IMG/VR virus record: IMGVR_UViG_3300031683_000011
Location: 1 to 39,031 of that record
DNA length: 39,031 nt
Reading direction: 5' to 3' (one strand)
Origin: a virus
Taxonomy: Duplodnaviria > Caudoviricetes
A program made the translations under genes and the position numbers. Each line of letters begins with the position of its first letter. The stretch's first letter is position 1. Below the pieces are notes generated by a model. It was not told where the DNA came from and did not search any database. It saw nothing but the letters and a program-made list of their open reading frames with translations. Shown one piece after another: positions 15,807 to 25,213 of this stretch.

Positions 15807-16498
15807 AAGCAGAATACATAAGCCACATGGGTGATGATCTAACAGTAGTGAATGCTGCTAGGGTATCCTTTGATAAAGCTTCTGAGCTTGTGGACGCTTA
15901 TAGAGCTAAGTCAGAGAGCGGTGTAGGTAGTCCAGTGGCAGTAGGGCAGACTGTGTCTAATGCAGACACTAAGCTAATCAAGTATCTAGCTACTCACGGC
16001 CACTGGACTCCATTCAGTCACCCTCAGATAACCATGCGCTACACAGTGCCTATCTTCATCGCTCGTCAAGAGTTCAAGCACATCGTAGGCTTCACTCGTA
16101 ATGAGATTAGTCGTAGGTATGTTGACGATACCCCTGAGTTCTATGTGCCAGAGGTATGGCGTAGTAGGCCAGAGGGAAGCGTTAAGCAGGGCAGTGGTGT
16201 CCCCTGTGACAACCAAAGCTCGGCAGCTTTTTATGCAAGAGAGGCTACAAAAACAGCTTTACTAGCTTATAAGTATCTCCTTGAGGATGACAATGTAGCA
16301 CCAGAGCAAGCACGTATGGTCTTACCACAGTCCATGTACACCAGCTACTACATCACTGGCTCACTGGCAGCCTACGCTCGGATGGTTAAGCAACGCTCAG
16401 ACCCCCATGCTCAAGTAGAGATACAAGAGTTAGCCGCAATGGTTGATGAGGTGATTAGACCTTTATTCCCCGTAAGTTGGGAAGCTTTGGTAGACTAA
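15803..16498 (+). CDS. thyX: flavin-dependent thymidylate synthase
   Basis: VVNAARVSF, HWTPF, ARQEFKH...NEISRRY, EQARMVLPQ and HAQVEI motifs. Confidence 0.95.
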   Translation: MKAEYISHMGDDLTVVNAARVSFDKASELVDAYRAKSESGVGSPVAVGQTVSNADTKLIKYLATHGHWTPFSHPQITMRYTVPIFIARQEFKHIVGFTRNEISRRYVDDTPEFYVPEVWRSRPEGSVKQGSGVPCDNQSSAAFYAREATKTALLAYKYLLEDDNVAPEQARMVLPQSMYTSYYITGSLAAYARMVKQRSDPHAQVEIQELAAMVDEVIRPLFPVSWEALVD

Positions 16499-16558
16499 AG
16501 TGCACCTTAATGTGTACATTGTACATAATGAGGCGCATAAAACTGTAAGGAGTAACAT

Positions 16559-16714
16559 ATGCCAGCAACATTGGTAGCAGCAATATTCATAGTACTGAGT
16601 GGTATAATACTAATGATGCACTACTGGCTTATGCCTACTGTGTATGCAGTTGGTATTGTTATCTCTCTGGTATCTATGGTAAGAATATTAACTTATATGA
16701 AAGGTGACGTATGA
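16559..16714 (+). CDS. small membrane protein (51 aa)
   Basis: Hand-translated MPATLVAAIFIVLSGIILMMHYWL...; AAGGAG RBS; two hydrophobic segments. Confidence 0.65.
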   Translation: MPATLVAAIFIVLSGIILMMHYWLMPTVYAVGIVISLVSMVRILTYMKGDV

Positions 16715-16914
16715 ATACTGAAAGGAGTTATGGCATGACCCCTCGGGGTTCCCCAATGCCTCAGACAATTGAAGAGTGGAAACACTTGGTTGACCTTGAT
16801 GAAAAGGTAATGCTACGGGACAAGGAAACTATCTCTAAGCTTAAGATGAAGATCAACCGACTAGAGCAGAAGCTTGAATCACATAACAGAAGAGTCACAG
16901 GGGTTCCAGTATGA
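16711..16914 (+). CDS. hypothetical coiled-coil protein (~60-67 aa)
   Basis: Overlap coupling with neighbours; AAGGAG before an internal ATG. Confidence 0.6.
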   Translation: MNTERSYGMTPRGSPMPQTIEEWKHLVDLDEKVMLRDKETISKLKMKINRLEQKLESHNRRVTGVPV

Positions 16915-17063
16915 GTGAAGCAATAGAGAAGTTCTTTAATACAATGGTCATTGAGTTTGACAGTCCCATGCTTGAGGGGCATATAGACTCATACCAAGAG
17001 GAGTGGCCATGGTTGATGAGATCGTAGCACCATTGTATCCTGTAAGCTGGGAGGCTCTCACAA

Positions 17064-17186
17064 ATGAAGGCTGAGGATGTTAAATCACTTTGCATAAACG
17101 TATGTGAACTAGATGATAATAATGTCTGCATTGGTTGCAACAGAAGTATAGAAGAAATAATAGCTAATTGCAGTTCGGAGAAGTAA
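17064..17186 (+). CDS. DUF1289-like small Cys-rich protein (40 aa)
   Basis: Hand-translated MKAEDVKSLCINVCELDDNNVCIGCNRSIEEI...: S-C---C-LD----C-GC-R---EI signature; GGAGG RBS. Confidence 0.75.
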   Translation: MKAEDVKSLCINVCELDDNNVCIGCNRSIEEIIANCSSEK

Positions 17187-17187
17187 A

Positions 17188-17904
17188 ATGAGCATTGTAA
17201 TTTCACTATATGACTACACAGGTGTTGCAGCTATGCCTTGGGCTAAAGCAGGTCACACTTGCTACTGCTATGACATTCAACATGAAAGAACCAGAATCAG
17301 GTTATTTGAGGGTGGTGGTACAATCACCTACCTAAAGGCAGACTTACACAGCTTCAAGACACTTGTTCACTTATCAGAATCATTTAAAGATAAGGACGTA
17401 GTGTTTGGCATGGGGTTCCCCGTATGTACCGACCTAGCTGTATCAGGTGCTGCATGGTTTAAGTCTAAGGCTGAGAAGGATCCCTTCTTCCAGAAGACTG
17501 CAACAAGACATGCCAAGTGGTGTTCACGACTGTTCACTTCTCTGGGTATCCCTTTCTACATAGAGAACCCTGTGTCTCGTCTGGCAACCCTATGGCGTAA
17601 GCCTAACCACATGTTCCACCCATATGAATACGGTGGTTACATCAAAGAAGGTGAAGAGTTACATCCTTTGTACCCCGACTACATAGCACCCAGTGATGCC
17701 TACTCTAAGAAGACTTGTCTTTGGACTGGTAACGGCTTCAAGATGCCTGTAAAGGATCCTGTGGACTGTGAGAACTATGGTTCAAGTACACAACACGCCA
17801 AGCTAGGTGGTAAATCATTAAAGACTAAGAACATACGCTCAGCAACCCCACGAGGTTTCGCAGAAGCTGTGTATCAAGCTAACAGGAGAAGTACTGATGG
17901 GTAA
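17188..17904 (+). CDS. phage DNA (cytosine-5)-methyltransferase, 238 aa
   Basis: Motif I SLYDYTG, catalytic FPVC, motif VI IENPV, Y-KKTCLW, C-terminal RSATP-GF. Confidence 0.8.
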   Translation: MSIVISLYDYTGVAAMPWAKAGHTCYCYDIQHERTRIRLFEGGGTITYLKADLHSFKTLVHLSESFKDKDVVFGMGFPVCTDLAVSGAAWFKSKAEKDPFFQKTATRHAKWCSRLFTSLGIPFYIENPVSRLATLWRKPNHMFHPYEYGGYIKEGEELHPLYPDYIAPSDAYSKKTCLWTGNGFKMPVKDPVDCENYGSSTQHAKLGGKSLKTKNIRSATPRGFAEAVYQANRRSTDG

Positions 17905-18256
17905 ACTAGAACCAACATGGAAAGGCCTCGACTCTGCATACGATGTTGAAGCAAAGACTAGCGTGTTTGACGGCTATGACCCTGAGAAGTTTAAACCAAC
18001 GGGTAATAAGAGTAGTCGTACTACCACTACAGAGTCTGCGATAAACTCTCAGGTAGATGGAAATCACTACAAGAATCAAGGTGTACAGCCACTAGAAGCT
18101 ACATTCCTTAACTTTGGATATAATGGCCTACGTGCAGCTATTTACACTAAGGTAGGTAAGTACCTAACTCGTGAGAAGGGTACACATCGTAAAGATATAA
18201 CAAAGGCAATCCACGTACTACAAATACAACTAGAATACTTAGACAGAGGTGAATAA
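17897..18256 (+). CDS. DUF3310 / T7 gp1.7-like nucleotide kinase family
   Basis: QVDGNHY...QP-E...KYL-R-K...DI-KA-H motif. Confidence 0.75.
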   Translation: MGKLEPTWKGLDSAYDVEAKTSVFDGYDPEKFKPTGNKSSRTTTTESAINSQVDGNHYKNQGVQPLEATFLNFGYNGLRAAIYTKVGKYLTREKGTHRKDITKAIHVLQIQLEYLDRGE

Positions 18257-18495
18257 TGATTAAGATGTTAACAGGCAGTAGCTGCTCCGCATGTAATATG
18301 TTAAAAGCAAGGCTAGACGCTGAGGGCTTAGAGTACGAGCCACTAGACATTGAAGAAGATGAGGGTATGGATCTCGCCAAGTCTTTGGGTGTACGACACA
18401 TCCCAGTACTTGTTAAATTAGTTGATGATAAGGTTGTTGGCACACTAACAGGTGCCTCCTACCCCACCGATAAATACAAGGAGTTCTTTAATTGA
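18256..18495 (+). CDS. glutaredoxin/thioredoxin-like protein (CSAC)
   Basis: CxxC plus GVRHIPVL cis-Pro loop; near RNR. Confidence 0.85.
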   Translation: MIKMLTGSSCSACNMLKARLDAEGLEYEPLDIEEDEGMDLAKSLGVRHIPVLVKLVDDKVVGTLTGASYPTDKYKEFFN

Positions 18496-18752
18496 TAGGA
18501 TTAATAACAGATGTTATCTGGTTAGCCTCAGCTCTGGCAGTACTAACCTCAGTAGTGCTGTTCATGTTAAACCCGTTATATGCCTTCTGGATTGAATCTA
18601 AGTACCACATAGATCTGGAAAGTGACCTATACCAAGCCGTATCTGAAGCTGTCGAGAAAGCAGCAGATGATGGATTACAAATAAGCATACAACTACTAGT
18701 CGGAGAACCAACAGTTGAAGAAGCCTCAAAAGAAGAAGAAAGTACCAAGTAA
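18492..18752 (+). CDS. hypothetical membrane protein (~86 aa)
   Basis: AAGGAG RBS; N-terminal TM helix; acidic tail. Confidence 0.65.
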   Translation: MIGLITDVIWLASALAVLTSVVLFMLNPLYAFWIESKYHIDLESDLYQAVSEAVEKAADDGLQISIQLLVGEPTVEEASKEEESTK

Positions 18753-19410
18753 CTCGTTGGGCCTACAGGCCTTGTCGCAGAATCAGTCACACTACATAAA
18801 CTCAATAGATGACAACGTAGTGTCAGTAGGTACAGGCTTTGCAGGTTCGGGTAAGACTTATATCGCGTCTACATGTGCTGCTCAATTTATGATTGACAAC
18901 AGAGACAGCCGTATCGTCTTATGCCGACCTAACGTATCCGACTCCAAGTCCATAGGGTTCCTTCCGGGTGAGGAGTTAGATAAGATGGCACCTTGGATCA
19001 CCCCTTACACAGACATACTACGCAAGCACCTTAACGGTAACTTCGAGAAGGCACTGCAGGCTGGTAACATTCAAGTAGTACCATTTGAGTACATGCAAGG
19101 TAGAACCTTTGACAACTCATTCGTGATACTAGATGAAGCACAACACACCACACCTAAAGAGATTGAGATGTTTCTCAAGCGAATAGGTAAGGACTCTAAG
19201 GTTGTTATCTGTGGCGACATACCACAGGCACGACTGGGTTCTAAGTCTGGTCTTAAACTTATCATTGATATGCACAAAGACACAGCACTGCCAGAAGTAT
19301 CCGAGAACATTGGTGTCACTGACTTTAATAACCCAGATGACATTGTACGTTCTATCTTCTGCAGAGAGATAACCAAAGCCTTTGACAGGCACTACTCAAT
19401 GGGCGGGTAA
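18715..19410 (+). CDS. phoH: PhoH-family ATPase
   Basis: GFAGSGKT, IGFLPG, YMQGRTF, ILDEAQ, GD--Q and DIVRS motifs. Confidence 0.95.
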   Translation: MKKPQKKKKVPSNSLGLQALSQNQSHYINSIDDNVVSVGTGFAGSGKTYIASTCAAQFMIDNRDSRIVLCRPNVSDSKSIGFLPGEELDKMAPWITPYTDILRKHLNGNFEKALQAGNIQVVPFEYMQGRTFDNSFVILDEAQHTTPKEIEMFLKRIGKDSKVVICGDIPQARLGSKSGLKLIIDMHKDTALPEVSENIGVTDFNNPDDIVRSIFCREITKAFDRHYSMGG

Positions 19411-19414
19411 CCTA

Positions 19415-19606
19415 ATGGTATTTGACACAAAGACATGGCTTAAGGCTATAGTAATTAAGTACGAAGGAGGACAACCATACCTACTGCAGTATGTACTTGA
19501 CAATGAAGAACTAGATAACTTAACAAAGCTTATAGATGCACTGTCCGAACTAAGGATAGACGAGGCTATAGCAGACTACAAATATAAGGGGAATGACAAT
19601 CAGTGA
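19415..19606 (+). CDS. hypothetical protein (63 aa)
   Basis: Fills the gap; GTGA overlap with RNR. Confidence 0.55.
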   Translation: MVFDTKTWLKAIVIKYEGGQPYLLQYVLDNEELDNLTKLIDALSELRIDEAIADYKYKGNDNQ

Positions 19607-21453
19607 ACAAGTCAAATGAAATTCTATCAGACATAACCATCTTCTCAAAGTACGCCAAGTACATCCCAAAGGAATCCCGAAGGGAGTCATGGCATGAGCT
19701 GGTTTCACGAAACAAAGAGATGCACCAACGGAAGTACCCTCAGCTCTTTGATGAGATTGAAGGTGCTTATTCCTTCGTATACGACAAGAAGTCGCTTCCT
19801 TCGATGCGTTCGCTACAGTTTGGCGGCACTCCTATTGAGCTTGCCCCTAATCGTATTTACAACTGCGCTTATCTACCTATTGAAGACGTAGAATCCTTCT
19901 CGGAGACTATGTTCCTACTACTTGGTGGTACAGGTGTAGGCTACTCAGTGCAACGTCATCACATACGTAAGCTACCTGAGGTCGTAGGGCCTAAGAAGCG
20001 TACACGTAGGTTCCTTGTATCAGACAACATTGAGGGCTGGGCAGACGCTATTAAGGTGCTTGTTGAGGCTTACTTCAAAGGTGCTATGGATGTTGACCTT
20101 GATTATCGTGATGTACGCCCAAAGGGTGCACGTTTAATCACCACAGGTGGTAAAGCACCGGGTCCACAGCCACTTAAAGACTGTATTCACCACATCCGAG
20201 GTGTCCTAGACACTGCAATTGGACGTCAACTGACCTCATTAGAGGTTCATGACATCATGTGTTACATCGCTGATGCTGTGTTAACAGGTGGAATCCGAAG
20301 AGCAGCTATGATTTCATTGTTCTCTATGGATGATGATGATATGTTAGGCTGTAAAGCTGGTGAATGGTACATCGCTAACCCTCAACGAGGACGTTCTAAC
20401 AACTCAGCAGTCATGTTGCGTCATAAGATCACCTCAGGTGAGTTCCAGAAGCTATGGAAACGTGTAGAACTGTCAGGTTCAGGTGAACCCGGAGTATACT
20501 TCACTAACGATAAGGACTGGGGGACCAATCCATGTTGCGAAATCGCCTTACGCCCCTATCAATTCTGCAATTTATGTGAGCTGAATGTATCAGATATCAC
20601 ATCTCAATCAGATCTTAACGAAAGAGCCCGAGCAGCAGCCCTAATCGGCACTCTTCAGGCTGGTTACACAGACTTCCACTACTTACGGGACATCTGGCGT
20701 GAGACTACTGAGAAGGATGCACTGATTGGTGTTGGCATGACAGGCATTGGCTCTGGTGTCATATTAAACTATGACTTAAAAGAGGCAGCAGATGAAGTTG
20801 TTAAAGAAAACAAAAGGGTTTCTAAGCTTATGGGTATCAACCCTGCTGCTCGCTGTACTACTGTTAAGCCTAGCGGCACTAGCAGTTGTGTACTTGGTAG
20901 TTCTTCCGGTATCCATGCTTGGCATAATGATTACTACATTCGCAGACAGCGTATTGGTAAGAATGAAGCGCTTTATCAGTACTTCTTGGAGAACCATCCA
21001 GAACTTGTGGAAGACGAATACTTCAACCCCCAATCGCAAGCAGTAATTGAGATTCCACAGAAGGCCCCAGAAGGATCCATTCTGCGTACTGAAAGCCCCA
21101 TCGAGTTACTTGACAGGGTACGTAGGTTTAACACTGAATGGGTAGCACAGGGTCACATAGAGGGTCAGAATGCACACAATGTATCCTGTACCATATCTGT
21201 ACGTGATGACGAGTGGGAACTGGTAGGTGAGTGGATGTGGAAGAACCGTAACACCTTCAACGGTATTGCAGTACTACCTTATAACGGTGGCACATATATC
21301 CAAGCACCATTTGAAGATATAACAGAAGAACGTTACAACATGATGGAGAGTTCACTAACATCAATCGACCTAGGTAATATCATTGAGTCTGCAGACGAGA
21401 CTGATTTGAGTGCTGAAGTTGCATGTGGTGGTGGTGGCTGTGAAGTACCTTAA
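19603..21453 (+). CDS. nrdJ: class II (adenosylcobalamin-dependent) ribonucleotide reductase
   Basis: PSMRSLQF, YNC, GGIRRAA, TNPCCEI, FCNL-E, TVKPSGT and C-terminal ACGGGGCEV; no beta-subunit gene nearby. Confidence 0.92.
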   Translation: MNKSNEILSDITIFSKYAKYIPKESRRESWHELVSRNKEMHQRKYPQLFDEIEGAYSFVYDKKSLPSMRSLQFGGTPIELAPNRIYNCAYLPIEDVESFSETMFLLLGGTGVGYSVQRHHIRKLPEVVGPKKRTRRFLVSDNIEGWADAIKVLVEAYFKGAMDVDLDYRDVRPKGARLITTGGKAPGPQPLKDCIHHIRGVLDTAIGRQLTSLEVHDIMCYIADAVLTGGIRRAAMISLFSMDDDDMLGCKAGEWYIANPQRGRSNNSAVMLRHKITSGEFQKLWKRVELSGSGEPGVYFTNDKDWGTNPCCEIALRPYQFCNLCELNVSDITSQSDLNERARAAALIGTLQAGYTDFHYLRDIWRETTEKDALIGVGMTGIGSGVILNYDLKEAADEVVKENKRVSKLMGINPAARCTTVKPSGTSSCVLGSSSGIHAWHNDYYIRRQRIGKNEALYQYFLENHPELVEDEYFNPQSQAVIEIPQKAPEGSILRTESPIELLDRVRRFNTEWVAQGHIEGQNAHNVSCTISVRDDEWELVGEWMWKNRNTFNGIAVLPYNGGTYIQAPFEDITEERYNMMESSLTSIDLGNIIESADETDLSAEVACGGGGCEVP

Positions 21454-21459
21454 ATAATC

Positions 21460-21488
21460 GACCTGAGTAGGTCACTGTAAACTGCTTA
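21460..21488 (+). other. compact H-type pseudoknot candidate
   Basis: Stem 1 GACC (21460-63) / GGTC (21470-73); loop TGAGTA pairs with TGCTTA (21483-88) using two G-U pairs; A-rich linker. Confidence 0.5.
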
Positions 21489-21510
21489 ATAGTCTTTGGA
21501 GGACTACAGT

Positions 21511-21672
21511 ATGATTGAAACAGAAAGATACAAAGCCTACATGGTTTCATGTGAAAAGCGGATTGAAGCCCTAAAAGCTATGGATGTGGCTAAGAAAGCT
21601 GAAGCTGAAGCTGCAAGTGTACAGCAGGCTGCATACTGGGACTACATGACTGAGGGTGAGTCTGATGACTAA
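21511..21672 (+). CDS. hypothetical protein (53 aa)
   Basis: Hand-translated MIETERYKAYMVSCEKRIEAL...; GGAGG RBS. Confidence 0.7.
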   Translation: MIETERYKAYMVSCEKRIEALKAMDVAKKAEAEAASVQQAAYWDYMTEGESDD

Positions 21673-23515
21673 ACTAATATGGGATTTAGAGACCAACGGT
21701 CTTATACCAGAAGTTGACACGATATGGTGTCTTGTGATGCAGGACATTGAGACTGAGGAGATCTTTTCTTACTCTGATTGGGATGATGCACTTCCCTCTC
21801 TGGCTGAAGGGCTCCAGAAGCTCCTAGAAGCTGATCTGATAGCCGGTCACAACATAATTGGATATGACCTACCAGTTCTTAAAAGGCTGCTAGGATGGGA
21901 ACCCAGAGAGTCTCAGAAGATCTGGGATACTCTTATCATGTCACAGTTATGTATGTTCCAACGCTCACACAGGCATGGTCTTGCAGGTTGGGGTGAGTTC
22001 TTCAAGTATCCGAAAGGAGACTATAACGATTGGACTAACTACAATCAGGAGATGCTGACATATTGTATACAGGACGTTACATTGAATACTCTGGTATACA
22101 ACAGACTTTCCAGAGAGGCATCCATTCAGATCAAAGCACGACCTATGTTTAAGCAGGCTTTAATACTTGAGCATGACTTTGCACAGGTTAACGCAGAAAT
22201 CACAGCCAAGGGTTGGTTGTTCAACATGAAGAAAGCTGAGCTACTTAAGCGTGACCTTACATGGAAGCTACATGCCATTGAAGATGAACTTGAACCTAGT
22301 CTGGGATCTGTATGTGTCCTGAAGGGTACCAAAGAAGTCGATAAGATTGTCAAGAAGAATGGTGACTACTATAAAGCCATCACTGATTGGTATGACTTGG
22401 AGCCTGCCACTAAGGCTTCTAATGGCTTCATCTCTGGACCCTTCTCTCGCATTGAGTTCTCTGAGGTACGCTTGGGTCAGCTTATACTTGTAAAGAAGTA
22501 TCTGTCTGACATTGGATGGAAGCCTGATGACTGGACGTTCAAGAAGGTAGCAGGTAAGTGGATCAAGATGTCACCAAAGCTCACAGACAGCTCCTTAGAG
22601 CCTCTGGGTATCGTTGGTTCTATGATCAGTGACTACTACATGCTACGTCAACGTCTGTCTATGGTTGATAACTGGATTGAGATGGTCACACGTTGGGGTG
22701 ACGGCAGGCTGCATGGGGATATGTTCACTATAGGTACACCTTCATTCCGATGCAGGCACCGAGGTATAGTTAACATCCCCGGAGTTCATGCGCAGTACGG
22801 TAAGGAACTAAGATCCTTGCTTACATGTGAACGTGGACACAGGCTTGTAGGTGCTGACTCAGCTGGTAACCAGTTCCGAGGACTTGCACACTACATGTGT
22901 GACGATGAGTTCACAGCATCTGTTGTTGTTGGTCAAGAATCTGATGGTACTGATGCACACTCACGTAACGCTGCTATCCTTGGGGTATCCAGATCAGTGG
23001 CTAAGTCATTCATATATGCCTATCTCTTTGGAGCAGGTATGTCTAAGCTTGGCGAGGTAGTAACAGGACTGAAGTCACCTAAGGCTGGTAAGATAGCAGA
23101 TGCTAAGTTCAAAGCAGCATTCCCAAAGCTTAAGGAACTGAAGGATCAACTTCTATCCGAGTACAACACTAACAAGATGAAGACAGGCATTGGTTTCATA
23201 ATTGGAGCTGATGGAAGACGAGTAATTGTAGGTTCAGAACATCAGCTACTAAACTACTTACTTCAAACACTGGAAGGGATTACATGCAAGACTGCACTTG
23301 TATTCCAGTATAAGAAGATTAAGGAATTAGGTATCAAAGGTACGTATCCGATCTTGTTCTATCATGACGAGACTGCTTGGGTTACACCTACTAAACATGC
23401 TGAAGCCATATTAGATATCTCTGTAGCTGGATTCCGTGAGGGTCCAAAGTCTGTAGGGGTTACCTGTATGGATGGAGATGGGAAGATCGGTATTAATTAT
23501 GCAGAGATCCACTAA
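21665..23515 (+). CDS. polA: DNA polymerase, family A (3'-5' exo + pol; T7 gp5-like)
   Basis: ExoI DLETNG, ExoII HNIIGYD, ExoIII YCIQD; motif A GADSAGNQFR, motif B RSVAKSFIYAYLFG, motif C HDE. Confidence 0.96.
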   Translation: MTKLIWDLETNGLIPEVDTIWCLVMQDIETEEIFSYSDWDDALPSLAEGLQKLLEADLIAGHNIIGYDLPVLKRLLGWEPRESQKIWDTLIMSQLCMFQRSHRHGLAGWGEFFKYPKGDYNDWTNYNQEMLTYCIQDVTLNTLVYNRLSREASIQIKARPMFKQALILEHDFAQVNAEITAKGWLFNMKKAELLKRDLTWKLHAIEDELEPSLGSVCVLKGTKEVDKIVKKNGDYYKAITDWYDLEPATKASNGFISGPFSRIEFSEVRLGQLILVKKYLSDIGWKPDDWTFKKVAGKWIKMSPKLTDSSLEPLGIVGSMISDYYMLRQRLSMVDNWIEMVTRWGDGRLHGDMFTIGTPSFRCRHRGIVNIPGVHAQYGKELRSLLTCERGHRLVGADSAGNQFRGLAHYMCDDEFTASVVVGQESDGTDAHSRNAAILGVSRSVAKSFIYAYLFGAGMSKLGEVVTGLKSPKAGKIADAKFKAAFPKLKELKDQLLSEYNTNKMKTGIGFIIGADGRRVIVGSEHQLLNYLLQTLEGITCKTALVFQYKKIKELGIKGTYPILFYHDETAWVTPTKHAEAILDISVAGFREGPKSVGVTCMDGDGKIGINYAEIH

Positions 23516-23876
23516 GGCAGCTAAACGTAGGCAGAGGTTACTGGAGATGAATGCTGACCCAGTAGCCTTAGCAAGGGAGCGTGAGCGGCAACGTAGGTGG
23601 AAACGTAACAACTCTGGCTATGTCAATCATAACTGCAACATGAGGTACACAAAGAAGAAACAGAGGATGCCTGCATGGGCTGACTCTGATGCTATCCGAA
23701 AGATATACGAGGACTGTGCTGCTCTTAATGAGGAGAATGGCCCTCGGTCATATCATGTAGACCATATAATCCCCTTACAGGGTAAAACTGTATCGGGGTT
23801 ACATGTAGAGAATAACTTACAGATCCTAAAAGCATCTGATAATCTGGCAAAGAGTAACAATTATGTTCAAGAATAA
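23499..23876 (+). CDS. free-standing HNH endonuclease 1
   Basis: P-WAD, YHVDHIIPL-G--VSGLHV--NLQIL---N--K-N. Confidence 0.88.
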   Translation: MQRSTKAAKRRQRLLEMNADPVALARERERQRRWKRNNSGYVNHNCNMRYTKKKQRMPAWADSDAIRKIYEDCAALNEENGPRSYHVDHIIPLQGKTVSGLHVENNLQILKASDNLAKSNNYVQE

Positions 23877-24444
23877 AGATAGGTTTTGCAAAGGTTGTGA
23901 TATTCTTCTGGTAATAGGTGGTAATTGGACTGCGTCTAGAGTACGTAAATCCACCCACACATGTAGATCATGTTCTAAAGTGTATGATAAGAAGAGAGCA
24001 CTAGCTCTTAAGGGTAAACCACTAATCCTTGAAGACACTATAGGTAAGGGCTGTTACACATGTAATACAACCCTAGTGTTATATGATAACTGGACTGAGT
24101 ATGACGCTATAGGTGGTGTAAAGTCTTGTATGAAGTGTAAGAGTGATTATCTTAAAAAACGGGCAAGTGTCATTGAAAATAGAGTTAGAGCTAATGAAAT
24201 AAGTGCTAGGGCTAGGTTCAGGGATAAAAGAGTGACACCTAAGTGGGCTGACTTGGACGCAATACGAGTATTCTACCATGAAGCTGCAGTTCTAAATGAT
24301 AAACATGGGCGAGGTGCCTACCACGTAGATCATATAATACCAATTAACGGTAATAGTGTGACTGGGTTACATGTGGGTAATAACTTACAGATCCTAAAGG
24401 CATCTGACAATCTAGCAAAGAGTAACAACTATGTTCAACAATAA
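23863..24444 (+). CDS. free-standing HNH endonuclease 2 with two N-terminal CxxC...CxxC zinc ribbons
   Basis: Same HNH C-terminus; CKGC/CRSC and CYTC/CMKC pairs. Confidence 0.88.
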   Translation: MFKNKDRFCKGCDILLVIGGNWTASRVRKSTHTCRSCSKVYDKKRALALKGKPLILEDTIGKGCYTCNTTLVLYDNWTEYDAIGGVKSCMKCKSDYLKKRASVIENRVRANEISARARFRDKRVTPKWADLDAIRVFYHEAAVLNDKHGRGAYHVDHIIPINGNSVTGLHVGNNLQILKASDNLAKSNNYVQQ

Positions 24445-25213
24445 CGATGCAGTCTTTGAGATGTTCAATAAGAGCTGTATGGAAGAAGAGATGGAGTTTG
24501 ATAAGTGTTTCATTGACGCTGACTCAATCATCTTTCGTATTGCAGTGACAACAGACTCAGTCACACAAGCTAAGTCATACTTTGATAAGGCACTTGATGC
24601 TATCATGCGTGACACAGGTAGTATCAAAGGTTACGTAGCTGTCAAAGGTAAAGGTAACTTCAGGTACGGTATCTCTGAGGACTACAAGGGTAACCGTAGT
24701 AAGACACCTATGGATCCTAAGGTAGTTGAAAGACGAGAGGCAGTTACAGAGTACGCTTGGGAGACTGGATGTTTTAAGTCTGACAACTGTGAAGCAGATG
24801 ACATTGTATCTATATGGGCACAAGAAGCTTATGAAGCTGGTGAACACTATGTCATAGCACACATTGATAAAGACATTGATATGGTTCCGGGTTGGCACTA
24901 TAACTTCAACAAGAAGACTCAGTACTTCATTGATGGTGACGAAGGTCACTACAAGATGTGTATCCAGATGCTGACAGGTGACAGTACAGATAACATTCAT
25001 GGACTTAAAGGTATCGGCCCTAAGAAGGCTGAGAAGTTATTAAAAGACGTACCGACAAGCGACATGCTGGAGACCGTTGCCAACGCATGGCGTGACCATC
25101 ACCCTCGTGAGTGGAAGGAGAAGCTTGAGACTTGCTGGAACCTACTGTACATGCGCAGGGACTGGAACGGGTTTAAGAGATTAACTATTGAAGAGGTGTT
25201 TGCAGATGACTGA
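24431..25213 (+). CDS. 5'-3' exonuclease (T7 gp6 / PIN-FEN family)
   Basis: IDADS, NFR, YKGNR, EADD, IDKD and GDSTDNI-GL-GIGPK motifs. Confidence 0.93.
   Translation: MFNNNDAVFEMFNKSCMEEEMEFDKCFIDADSIIFRIAVTTDSVTQAKSYFDKALDAIMRDTGSIKGYVAVKGKGNFRYGISEDYKGNRSKTPMDPKVVERREAVTEYAWETGCFKSDNCEADDIVSIWAQEAYEAGEHYVIAHIDKDIDMVPGWHYNFNKKTQYFIDGDEGHYKMCIQMLTGDSTDNIHGLKGIGPKKAEKLLKDVPTSDMLETVANAWRDHHPREWKEKLETCWNLLYMRRDWNGFKRLTIEEVFADD

Noticed and set aside
16500-16535. TGTACA palindromic cluster after thyX
   Set aside because: Short, AT-rich, with no second instance in a comparable context; cannot support a function
23499-24444. Group I intron or intein carrying the HNH genes
   Set aside because: polA ends intact (NYAEIH) and the exonuclease starts intact. 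The HNH ORFs overlap both neighbours, leaving no room for intron core structure.
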